64,000 bases of DNA from positions 48,131 to 112,130 of the forward strand of contig JANOSY010000045.1 of NCBI GenBank assembly GCA_031416075.1, written 5' to 3'. Origin of the DNA: Candidatus Tenderia sp. Lineage in GTDB: Bacteria; Pseudomonadota; Gammaproteobacteria; Tenderiales; Tenderiaceae. The notes under the pieces are model-generated. The model did not search any database, was not told the origin of the DNA, and saw only the letters and a list, made by a program, of their open reading frames with translations. The translations under genes and the position numbers were made by a program. This document shows, one piece after another, positions 47,337 to 56,130 of the stretch. The stretch's first letter is position 1; the number at the start of each line of letters is the position of its first letter.

Positions 47337-48524
47337 ATGCTCTTCGATGTAAAAGCGTTAAAAGGCCGTGATGCTGCACTGCTGACACTCGAAGCTGGCA
47401 GTGTTGACGATGCCCGTGCTCAGGTGCTACGTCAGGGTTACACCATTATCAGTTGCACGCCGCGCGGTGTGCAGTTGAATACTCTGTTTAAACGCCAGAC
47501 ACCGTTTCCGCTGTCGCTCTTTAGCCAGGAGTTGCTGGCGCTGTTGCAGGCGGGACTCAACCTAGTGGAGGCGATCAGCGCGCTGGCGGAGAAGGAGTCG
47601 CGTCACGAGATCAAAAAGATTTTCGACGGGCTGCTGCACTCGTTGCGTGAGGGGCGGACGCTCTCTACGGCCATGGAGCAGTTGCCACGCATCTTCCCGC
47701 CGCTCTACATCGCCACGGTGCGCAGCAGTGAACGTACCGGTAATTTGCATGATGCGTTGTCACGCTACATCGCCTATCAGGCACAGGTGGAGCTGCTGAA
47801 GAAGAAGATCGTCAGCGCATCGATCTATCCGCTGCTGTTGCTGGCGGTGGGTGGCCTGGTGATGCTGTTTTTGATGGGGTATGTAGTGCCGCGTTTCAGC
47901 GGCATCTACGAGAGTTCTGGCCAGGATATTCCGTGGCTGTCGCAGCTGTTGTTAAGCTGGGGCAAGCTGATACAGAGTCACGGCGAGAGCGCGCTGCTGG
48001 TGCTTTTGCTACTGGCAACAATTGCAGGCTATGCAGCCACCCGCGCTGAAGTACGTGGCTGGTCTCTGCGCCAGCTGTGGCGCATCCCCACCCTCGGCGA
48101 GCGTATGCGTCTTTATCAACTGGCGCGCTTTTATCGCACTGTGAGCATGTTGCTGCGCGGCGGTATTCCGGTGGTGACGGCGCTGGAGATGGTCGGCGGG
48201 CTGCTGCAACCGGCGATGCGCGTACAACTTGTCAGCGCCACGGGCCACATCCGCAATGGCCGTGCGATTTCAGAGGCGCTGGAGCTGGAGGGGCTGAGCA
48301 CGCCCGTGGCGCAACGCCTGCTGCTGGTGGGCGAACGCAGTGGCGAGATGGGCGAGATGATGGAGCGCATCGCCGCCTTTTACGATGAGGAGATGGCGCG
48401 CTGGGTGGAGTGGTTCACACGCATCTTTGAACCGGCGTTGATGGCGGTGATCGGACTGGTGATTGGGTTCATCGTGATCCTGATGTATCTGCCCATCTTT
48501 GAACTGGCGGGCAATATTCAATGA
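47337..48524 (+). CDS. gspF: T2SS inner-membrane platform protein F
   Basis: Two T2SSF repeats, ASIYP, GERSGEM, EPALM...MYLPIFEL. Confidence 0.95.
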   Translation: MLFDVKALKGRDAALLTLEAGSVDDARAQVLRQGYTIISCTPRGVQLNTLFKRQTPFPLSLFSQELLALLQAGLNLVEAISALAEKESRHEIKKIFDGLLHSLREGRTLSTAMEQLPRIFPPLYIATVRSSERTGNLHDALSRYIAYQAQVELLKKKIVSASIYPLLLLAVGGLVMLFLMGYVVPRFSGIYESSGQDIPWLSQLLLSWGKLIQSHGESALLVLLLLATIAGYAATRAEVRGWSLRQLWRIPTLGERMRLYQLARFYRTVSMLLRGGIPVVTALEMVGGLLQPAMRVQLVSATGHIRNGRAISEALELEGLSTPVAQRLLLVGERSGEMGEMMERIAAFYDEEMARWVEWFTRIFEPALMAVIGLVIGFIVILMYLPIFELAGNIQ

Positions 48525-50221
48525 GTGTAGTGAATGCAGTCGCGCTCGAACCTCAGACGACACTTACCGTGGAGCAGGTGCGTGCCGCGCGGCAACGCGC
48601 CGCAGAATTGAAACAGCCCTTCACCCAGGTGTTAGAGGAACAACTGGGGCTGACAGCCGCAGAGTTTGTCACTGCGCTCGGTGCTGCAACCCGTTACCCG
48701 ATATTGACCATGGCGCAGCTGCATGGCCTGGCTCACGACTTCGAGATAATCCCGTTCGTCGAGGCGACACGCCGCTGCTGCATCGCCTTCCGTGATGGCG
48801 GCGGTGCGCTGCTGCTGGTCATCGCCGACCCCTTCAACCACGCACTGCTGGAGTGGGCCGATGCCATCATCACTGCCCACTACACTCTCCACATTGCCCA
48901 CAGCAGCGACATCAGCGCCTACCTCTCGCGTCATGAAGAGAGTCTGCGGGCGATGGACAGTTTTGTTCCCGATTTGGAACAGGTGCAGAGCAACGTCAGT
49001 GGTATCGAGGATCTGTCGCTGCTCAGCATCAGCGAGGACAGCAGCCCGGTGGTGCGGCTGGTGCACTCGACGCTTTACGACGGTCTCAAGAGCAGCGCCA
49101 GCGATATCCATCTTGAGGTGCACGCCTCAGGGATGACGATCAAGTACCGCATTGACGGCGTGCTGATCACCGCAAGTGCAGTGCAAGGCGTGGAAGTGGC
49201 GGAACAGGTTCTGTCGCGCATCAAGGTGATGGCGGAGCTGGACATCGCCGAACGACGCATCCCTCAGGATGGCCGCTTCAAGGTGGCGGTACGTGGCCGC
49301 GAGGTGGACTTCCGCGTCTCGATCATGCCGTCGCTGTTTGGCGAGGATGCGGTGCTGCGTATCCTCGACCGTAGCGCGGTGAGCCAGCAGAGCCAGTCGG
49401 TGCGGCTCGATATCCTTGGCTTCGATGATGGCACACTCAGCGGCTTCCGCCGCCTCACCGCAGAGCCTTACGGCATGGTGCTGGTGACCGGCCCGACCGG
49501 CAGCGGCAAGACCACCACGCTCTATGGTGCCATCACCGAGATCAACAACGGCCACGACAAGATCATCACCATCGAAGACCCGGTGGAATATCAGCTGCAC
49601 GGCGTGTTGCAGATCCCCGTCAACGAAAAGAAGGGGCTGACCTTTGCCCGTGGCCTGCGCTCGATCCTGCGCCACGATCCGGACAAGATCATGGTGGGCG
49701 AGATCCGCGATGCGGAGACGGCGCAGATTGCGGTGCAGTCGGCGCTCACCGGACACCTTGTGCTCACTACCGTGCACGCCAACAACGTCTTCGATGTGCT
49801 GGGCCGCTTCATGCACATGGGCGTTGACCCTTACAGCTTCGTCTCGGCATTGAATGGCATCCTCGCACAACGATTGGTGCGAGTGATCTGCCCCCACTGC
49901 GCCGTTGATGCTGCACCTGATACTGAGTTACTGCGCATCTCGGGGCTGCATGGTAATGCCATTCATAAATTCAAATTCAGAGAGGGGCAAGGGTGCGGCC
50001 ACTGCCGTGGCACAGGTTACAAGGGACGTAAGGCGATTGGTGAACTGCTGACATTGAATGACGAGATTCGTGAGCTGATCGTCAGCCGTGCACCGCTACG
50101 CAGCATAAAAGAGGCGGCGCGTCACGCCGGTACCCGTTACCTCAGAGAGAGCGCGTTGCGCCTGGTCGAGAGCGGCGACACTACATTGCAGGAGATCAAC
50201 CGTGTCACTACTACGGCGTAA
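48521..50221 (+). CDS. gspE: T2SS ATPase E
   Basis: ASDIHLE, PQDGR, GPTGSGKTTT, TIEDPVE, LRHDPDKIMVGEIRD, CPHC/CGHC zinc motif. Confidence 0.96.
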   Translation: MSVVNAVALEPQTTLTVEQVRAARQRAAELKQPFTQVLEEQLGLTAAEFVTALGAATRYPILTMAQLHGLAHDFEIIPFVEATRRCCIAFRDGGGALLLVIADPFNHALLEWADAIITAHYTLHIAHSSDISAYLSRHEESLRAMDSFVPDLEQVQSNVSGIEDLSLLSISEDSSPVVRLVHSTLYDGLKSSASDIHLEVHASGMTIKYRIDGVLITASAVQGVEVAEQVLSRIKVMAELDIAERRIPQDGRFKVAVRGREVDFRVSIMPSLFGEDAVLRILDRSAVSQQSQSVRLDILGFDDGTLSGFRRLTAEPYGMVLVTGPTGSGKTTTLYGAITEINNGHDKIITIEDPVEYQLHGVLQIPVNEKKGLTFARGLRSILRHDPDKIMVGEIRDAETAQIAVQSALTGHLVLTTVHANNVFDVLGRFMHMGVDPYSFVSALNGILAQRLVRVICPHCAVDAAPDTELLRISGLHGNAIHKFKFREGQGCGHCRGTGYKGRKAIGELLTLNDEIRELIVSRAPLRSIKEAARHAGTRYLRESALRLVESGDTTLQEINRVTTTA

Positions 50222-51017
50222 GGAGCTATCCATTACACTCAGTCCGCAACAGATAACACTGACCTTGCGGCGCAACGGCTGGCGTGATGTAAACACACAA
50301 CAGCTGGCGCTGCCCTGCATGCCTACCGGCCCTGCTCCCTGGACAGCGCCGCTAGCGGTGTTGGAAAACCTGTTCAAACAGGAGCAGTGGAGTTCAGGCA
50401 ACGTCACGGTGATCCTCTCCAACCATTTTGTGCGCTACATGCTCATCCCCTGGAGCGAGATGCTGCTGCGCAGCAGTGAGCAGCAGGCCTATCTCCAGCA
50501 TCTATTCAGCGACACTTACGGCGACACTGCGGCACGCTACCAGTTGCGTCTCAGCCCATCTGCACCCGGCATGGAACGTATCGCCAGTGCGATTGAAAAC
50601 ACCCTGCTGGAACAGCTGCGTGCCACGATTGCTGACGCGGGCCTGCGGCTAGAATCGATCCAGCCATGGCTGATGTTTAACTTTAACAAACACAGGCACC
50701 AGGCCAGCCGTGAAGGGGGCTGGTTTGTAACCGTTGAATCGGGCGTGATTGGCATTATCGGCATGGCAAATGGCGCGTGGCAGCTGGTACGAACTCTGCG
50801 TTGTGGACCACACTGGCAGCAGGAGCTGCATACTGCCCTGGAGCGGCTCTACCTGAGCGGTGGTGCTGACAATATTCCAAAAATCCTGCGCTGGTGTTCA
50901 ACCGATACACATCAGGCCGACCCAGCATTCAACAGTGAGTGGCGGGTGATCCGGCTCGAATCGAAACGCAATGGTGCTGAAAAAACAGTCGCCGCGCCGT
51001 TAGCAACAGCAGATTGA
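50202..51017 (+). CDS. GspL-cytoplasmic/PilM-like component
   Basis: Operon position after gspE; VILSNHFVRYMLIPW; no TM. Confidence 0.6.
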   Translation: MSLLRRKELSITLSPQQITLTLRRNGWRDVNTQQLALPCMPTGPAPWTAPLAVLENLFKQEQWSSGNVTVILSNHFVRYMLIPWSEMLLRSSEQQAYLQHLFSDTYGDTAARYQLRLSPSAPGMERIASAIENTLLEQLRATIADAGLRLESIQPWLMFNFNKHRHQASREGGWFVTVESGVIGIIGMANGAWQLVRTLRCGPHWQQELHTALERLYLSGGADNIPKILRWCSTDTHQADPAFNSEWRVIRLESKRNGAEKTVAAPLATAD

Positions 51018-51024
51018 TGCAGCG

Positions 51025-51552
51025 ATGGATGCACTGAGACTCGACTACCAGATCTCATCACGACGGCCACAGCCGCTGCTGCTGTTGCTGTTACTCATCG
51101 GCGCGATTGCGGCCATCGTCATCACCACGGAGTACAGCACGCTGCAACAGCAGATTGAAGAACGTACCGCCACACTACAACAGTTGCGTCTGGCGCACGG
51201 CGTAAAACCTCAACCGTCGCAAAAGGAGCTACGTCTCTCTGTCGAGATGCAGAAGGGGCGGGACAATATTCTGGCCCGGCTCTCCCTGCCGTGGGTGCCA
51301 CTTTTCAAGGCGCTGGAGAGTGCACAGGACAAAAATGTTTCACTGCTCGCCATTGAACCCAATGTCAAAACCGGAACCGTGCGCCTCACTGCCGAGACCA
51401 GCTCGCTGAAACAGGCTCTGACCTATCTCGACAGGTTGCAGCAACAGCAGGCGCTCAGCGAAGTGACACTCATCGAACATGAGATTGCAGTGGAGACAGC
51501 GGGGCAACCGCTGCGCTTCACCCTGAGCCTTGCATGGAGTCACGGACAATGA
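51025..51552 (+). CDS. PilN/GspL-periplasmic-like component
   Basis: TM + coiled coil + PWVPLFKALE...LLAIEP...YLDRL ferredoxin-like domain. Confidence 0.7.
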   Translation: MDALRLDYQISSRRPQPLLLLLLLIGAIAAIVITTEYSTLQQQIEERTATLQQLRLAHGVKPQPSQKELRLSVEMQKGRDNILARLSLPWVPLFKALESAQDKNVSLLAIEPNVKTGTVRLTAETSSLKQALTYLDRLQQQQALSEVTLIEHEIAVETAGQPLRFTLSLAWSHGQ

Positions 51553-52097
51553 ACCCACTGCAACAACAGTTGCGCTGGTGGAGTGAACGGCTGGGCTGGG
51601 CAGGCATGGCCGCCATTGCCCTGCTGCTCTCTGCGCTGCTGGCCTACGCCATTGCGGTCATGCCGGCGCAACAACAGCTGTTGCAGCTGGAGCAGGAGAT
51701 TACAGATGAACAGCGACACACTCAGACACAACAGGCCCAGACTAGGGCAGTCGAGGAGTCGCAGAGTTCCAGGCAGGCGCGCTTCTATGGCGAATTTCCC
51801 CAGCAGCACGACATCTCAAAGATACTGGATAAACTCTATGCCGCCGCCAAACATTCGAACCTCACCCTGCAACGAGGCGACTACAAATTGAAGCGCGACA
51901 GCAACAGCCAGTTCCTGCGTTACGAGATCGAACTGCCGGTGCAGGGGCGCTACCCCGCGATCCAGGGTTTTGCCTACCGGGCGCTGAAGGAGATCCCAAC
52001 ACTGGCGCTCGATGAGATCAGCTTCAAGCGCGAAGCGGCCAATGCTGCGTTGGTGCAGGCAAAACTCCACTTCACACTCTATCTGCTGGAGCAGTGA
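51549..52097 (+). CDS. PilO/GspM-like component
   Basis: TM + coiled coil + RYEIELPVQGRYPAIQGF...LALDEISFKR. Confidence 0.75.
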   Translation: MNPLQQQLRWWSERLGWAGMAAIALLLSALLAYAIAVMPAQQQLLQLEQEITDEQRHTQTQQAQTRAVEESQSSRQARFYGEFPQQHDISKILDKLYAAAKHSNLTLQRGDYKLKRDSNSQFLRYEIELPVQGRYPAIQGFAYRALKEIPTLALDEISFKREAANAALVQAKLHFTLYLLEQ

Positions 52098-52597
52098 TGG
52101 CAGCGACAGAAAAAAAACGGCAGTGGTTTATGGGGGGGGCGCTGGCGCTCACCCTCGGTGCTGTTGCCTGGGTCAGCCAGTTTGAAAGCAGTGATGCAGA
52201 TGCAGCTATTGCCAACGCGCCGCATAAAACGACCCGCCATGAATCGTATGCGCAAACATCGCAACGGACAACACCAGGCACCGAGCCATTGGCGCGCTAT
52301 AGCGACAGCGTGAAGGATATTTTTGCTACGCCTGTGACACAGCAGCCACTGCCACAAATGCCACAAGAGATCGCCGTACCGGAGGCACCACCCCTCCCCT
52401 TCACCTACATGGGGCGCGTGGTCGAGAACGGCAACGAGTTGATCTTTCTCGCCACTGCGCAACACAACTACATGGCGCACAGCGGCGATGTTCTCGAAAG
52501 TAATTATCGCATCGACAGCATCGGCAATGGTCAGGTGGTCTTTACCTACCTGCCGCTGGCAATTACCCAAACACTAGCAATTGGAGAGTCAGAGTGA
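52097..52597 (+). CDS. PilP/GspC-like component
   Basis: N-terminal TM, Pro-rich linker, APPLPFTYMG...GDVLESNYRIDSI; directly before secretin. Confidence 0.6.
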   Translation: MAATEKKRQWFMGGALALTLGAVAWVSQFESSDADAAIANAPHKTTRHESYAQTSQRTTPGTEPLARYSDSVKDIFATPVTQQPLPQMPQEIAVPEAPPLPFTYMGRVVENGNELIFLATAQHNYMAHSGDVLESNYRIDSIGNGQVVFTYLPLAITQTLAIGESE

Positions 52598-54492
52598 TCT
52601 GTTTTGCACGAAGTACATTATTTGTCACCCTGCTCTCCGCGTTGATGATGACAGGCTGCGCAACCACCACCGATCACTCTACAAATGAGAGGGCAGAGAG
52701 CGCCAGCGAACGCACCGATACCATGCGCCAGCGCGACCTGTCGCTGTTGCGCTGGCAGAGCATCGCCGAGACCGCTCGCAATGGCGCTGACCTCGACAGT
52801 GCTGAGTCCGCCTACCGCAACATGCTGGCCATCGACCCTGCCAATCGCCGCGCCAGTTATGGCCTGGAGCAGCTGGCCAACGAACACCGCCATCGCAACA
52901 TCATCGCCGTAGCGGAGAAGCAGCTACAGCAGGGCGATATGGCCACGGCGCAGGAGAGTCTGCGCCCGGTGCTGATCGAAAATCCAAAACAGCGCCAGGC
53001 GTTGGCGCTGCAACGGCAGATTGAAGAGCAGCAAGTGAAAGTCAGCTATCGTCCGGTGCTCAATGCCAGTGCGCGCAAGCCCATCACCCTTGAGTTCCGC
53101 GATGCCAGTCTGCGCTCTATCTTTGAGATGATCTCGCGCCTCTCCAGCATCAACTTCATCTTCGACAAGGAGGTGCGGCCAGAGCTGAAGGCGACGATCC
53201 TGATGAAGGATGGCACCATCGAAGAGGCGGTGAAGATGCTGCTGCTCACCAACCAGCTGGAGCAGAAGATACTCAACGGCAATACGGTACTGATCTATCC
53301 CAATACACCGGCGCGCAGCCGCGACTATCAGGAGCTGGTGGTGAAGAGTTTTTATCTCGGCAATGCCGATGTTAAACAGACCCTCAACATGATCAAGACC
53401 ATCATCAAGAGCAAGGATGTCTATCTTGATGAACGGCTCAATCTGCTGGTGGTGCGCGACACACCCGAAGCAATCGCCATGGCGGAAAAACTGATCGCGG
53501 CGCAGGATCTGGCAGAGCCGGAGGTGATGCTGGAGATGGAGGTGTTGGAGGTCAGCACCAGCCGTCTCTCCGAACTCGGCATCAGCTATCCTGACCAGAT
53601 GGGATTTGGTATCGTGGGCGGCCTCACCGGTGCGCAAACGGGCGGCGTGCTGTCTCTCAACCAGCTTCACAACATCACTGACGACATGGTCAAGGTGACG
53701 TTGCCGGATCCGGCGATACTGCTCAAACTCAGCAACACCGACACCAATAGCAACCTGCTGGCCAATCCCCGCATCCGGGTGAAGAACCGCGAGAAGGCCA
53801 GGATCCATATCGGTGAAAGAGTACCCGTTATCACCACCACCTCCACCGCCAATGTCGGCATCTCCGAGTCGGTCAACTATCTTGAAGTAGGACTCAAGCT
53901 CAATGTCGAACCCGATATCCATCTTGATAATGATGTCGCCATCAAGGTCGGGCTTGAGGTCAGCAACATCATAGACACCATCACCACCACCTCGGGTTCA
54001 AAAACCTATCGCCTCGGCACCCGCACCGCCGAGACCACCCTGCGCCTCAAGGATGGCGAGACCCAGGTGCTGGCGGGGCTGATCCAGGATATGGATCGCA
54101 AGTCGGCGCGGAAGGTGCCGCTGCTCGGTGATATTCCGCTGCTTGGCCGCCTCTTCTCCAGCGAGGGCAATGACAAAAGCAAGACCGAGATCATGCTGCT
54201 GATCACACCGCACATCATCCGCAACCTGGAGCGCCCCGCCGCCAATATTACTGAATTCATGTCGGGGACCGAGGGCAGTGTCGGTGCCACCCGTCTCACG
54301 CTGGCACCCTCTTCAGGCAGTGTCTCTGTCTCTGCAATGCCCGTCAGCCACGATGCTCCGGCAACGATGGAGAGTGGTGTTGCCAGCACACCGCAGGAAC
54401 AAGGGCCACAGCCTTATGCAGCGCCGGTGTTGCCGCAGGTGCCACAGGTCGAGCAGGGGCAGGACCTGAACGAGCCTGTGCCTGAAGAGTAA
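52594..54492 (+). CDS. gspD: T2SS secretin, lipoprotein with N-terminal TPR-like region
   Basis: Lipobox MTGC, ITLEFRDASL, LLANPRIRV, IGERVPV, LKDGETQVLAGLI, KVPLLGDIPLLGRLFS, ITPHII. Confidence 0.95.
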   Translation: MICFARSTLFVTLLSALMMTGCATTTDHSTNERAESASERTDTMRQRDLSLLRWQSIAETARNGADLDSAESAYRNMLAIDPANRRASYGLEQLANEHRHRNIIAVAEKQLQQGDMATAQESLRPVLIENPKQRQALALQRQIEEQQVKVSYRPVLNASARKPITLEFRDASLRSIFEMISRLSSINFIFDKEVRPELKATILMKDGTIEEAVKMLLLTNQLEQKILNGNTVLIYPNTPARSRDYQELVVKSFYLGNADVKQTLNMIKTIIKSKDVYLDERLNLLVVRDTPEAIAMAEKLIAAQDLAEPEVMLEMEVLEVSTSRLSELGISYPDQMGFGIVGGLTGAQTGGVLSLNQLHNITDDMVKVTLPDPAILLKLSNTDTNSNLLANPRIRVKNREKARIHIGERVPVITTTSTANVGISESVNYLEVGLKLNVEPDIHLDNDVAIKVGLEVSNIIDTITTTSGSKTYRLGTRTAETTLRLKDGETQVLAGLIQDMDRKSARKVPLLGDIPLLGRLFSSEGNDKSKTEIMLLITPHIIRNLERPAANITEFMSGTEGSVGATRLTLAPSSGSVSVSAMPVSHDAPATMESGVASTPQEQGPQPYAAPVLPQVPQVEQGQDLNEPVPEE

Positions 54493-54495
54493 TTA

Positions 54496-54987
54496 ATGGT
54501 GATCTCTTCACGTCGAACCACAACAGGCTTCACCCTTATCGAACTGGTGATGACTGTTGCTATTCTCGGTCTGCTGGCGACCATGGTAGTTCCCGTTGCA
54601 CAACTGGCCGCGCAACGCGACAAGGAGAAGGATCTACGTAGCGCACTGCGTGAAATCAGAGGCGCGCTCGATGCCTACAAGATAGCTGTCGATCAGGGCA
54701 AAATTGCCAGGTCGGCGGTATCGGCCTCTGGCTATCCAGAATCGCTGGGCGATCTTGTTGAAGGAGTCGATGACCTCGGCAACGCCAAGAGTGGCAAACG
54801 CTATTTTCTGCGGCGTATCCCTCGTGATCCTTTTACGCACGATGTAAACCTGAGCGCCGAAGAGAGCTGGGGGTTGCGCAGTTACAGCAGCCCGCCCGAT
54901 GATCCGCGCGAAGGTGATGATGTCTACGATGTCTATTCGCTCAGCAACGGGACCGGCCTGAATGGCATCCCTTACCGGGAGTGGTAA
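54496..54987 (+). CDS. T2SS pseudopilin (GspG-like minor)
   Basis: [35 protein letters not shown]. Confidence 0.88.
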   Translation: MVISSRRTTTGFTLIELVMTVAILGLLATMVVPVAQLAAQRDKEKDLRSALREIRGALDAYKIAVDQGKIARSAVSASGYPESLGDLVEGVDDLGNAKSGKRYFLRRIPRDPFTHDVNLSAEESWGLRSYSSPPDDPREGDDVYDVYSLSNGTGLNGIPYREW

Positions 54988-55379
54988 TGATGAACCTACG
55001 CAGAGTGCGTCACTGCATCGGCTTCACCCTCATCGAACTGCTGGTGGTGATGGCAATCATCGCCACACTGCTAACCCTGGCGGTGCCGCGTTATTTCAAC
55101 AGCCTGGAAAAATCGAAAGAGGCGGTGTTGCGCCAGGACCTGGCCACTATGCGCGATGCCATCGACAAATATGTTGCTGACAAGGGCAAATATCCGGAGT
55201 CGCTGGAGAGTCTGGCAACAGAGAAGTATCTGCGTCACATTCCTGTCGATCCACTCACTGATCTCAATGACAGCTGGTTGACCAGCAGCCCGGATGACAC
55301 TTCATTGACAGGTGTGAGTGATGTACACAGCGGCGCTGAAGGCCAGAGCCATGATGGAACCGCCTATGGTGAGTGGTAA
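54987..55379 (+). CDS. T2SS pseudopilin (GspG-like minor)
   Basis: G/FTLIELLVVMAII, RDAIDKY, YLRHIPVDP, DVHSGA. Confidence 0.88.
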   Translation: MMNLRRVRHCIGFTLIELLVVMAIIATLLTLAVPRYFNSLEKSKEAVLRQDLATMRDAIDKYVADKGKYPESLESLATEKYLRHIPVDPLTDLNDSWLTSSPDDTSLTGVSDVHSGAEGQSHDGTAYGEW

Positions 55380-55854
55380 CCGCAGGCAGTCCGGCTTCAC
55401 CTTCCTCGGCCTGCTCTTTTTCATCAGCGTGATGGGGATCGGCATGGCGGCCACCGGCGTGGTCTGGCGGCAGGATGCACAGCGTGACAAGGAGCGCGAA
55501 CTGCTCTTCATCGGCGCCGAGTTCCGCCGCGCTATCGTGCTCTATTACGAGCGTACACCGGGTGCGGTGAAATCCTATCCAAAAAATCTGGATGAGCTGC
55601 TCAAGGACAAACGCCATGTCACGACACAGCGCTATCTGCGCCGCATCTATCGCGATCCAATGACGGGTGGAATGGAGTGGGGAGTGGTGCGCCGCCCCGA
55701 CGGGACTATCATTGGCGTCTTCAGTCTTGCAAAAGATACGCCTATCAAGCGAGCTGGTTTTGCAGCGGAGGAGAAACTGTTTCAGTCGGCAAAACAATAT
55801 TCTGACTGGAAGTTTGTTTACCAGCAACAGATTGCAGCAGTCACCAAAAAATAG
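55366..55854 (+). CDS. T2SS pseudopilin lacking E5 (GspK-like tip candidate)
   Basis: G/FTFLGLL (no Glu5), REKE-like RDKERELL, YLRRIYRDPMT, YSDWKF. Confidence 0.8.
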   Translation: MVSGNRRQSGFTFLGLLFFISVMGIGMAATGVVWRQDAQRDKERELLFIGAEFRRAIVLYYERTPGAVKSYPKNLDELLKDKRHVTTQRYLRRIYRDPMTGGMEWGVVRRPDGTIIGVFSLAKDTPIKRAGFAAEEKLFQSAKQYSDWKFVYQQQIAAVTKK

Positions 55855-55869
55855 TGCTTATCAACTTCA

Positions 55870-56127
55870 TTAAAGTTTTTTATCTTCTGAATGGCTTAGA
55901 AAGATTGTGGCGCTTTCATAACCCAATGGATAAGAATCTTCTTTACCAACATCATCTAGGTTACGATCAAGAAAGTTTCTTATTAGTGAAATCAGCGATA
56001 ACCGGCTCGAACAGTCGCCAGACACTGTTTCATTAACTACCCACGCTCCTGTCACATGTGAATATTCCATCGGATCGTCATACGCTTCTGGTGTGAACAT
56101 GATTTCTGTATTCATTGTCGCCCCCAT
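55870..56127 (-). CDS. Short hypothetical protein or remnant
   Basis: ORF fills the gap directly after the GlyGly-CTERM gene; AT-rich, no recognisable motif. Confidence 0.3.
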   Translation of the reverse strand: MGATMNTEIMFTPEAYDDPMEYSHVTGAWVVNETVSGDCSSRLSLISLIRNFLDRNLDDVGKEDSYPLGYESATIFLSHSEDKKL

Positions 56128-56130
56128 TAT

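Noticed and set aside
49127-53922. Long minus-strand ORFs (256 aa, 332 aa); likewise 43842..44726 and 22354..23094 on plus
   Set aside because: Antisense frames of well-supported high-GC genes (gspE, gspD, PstS-like, porin).
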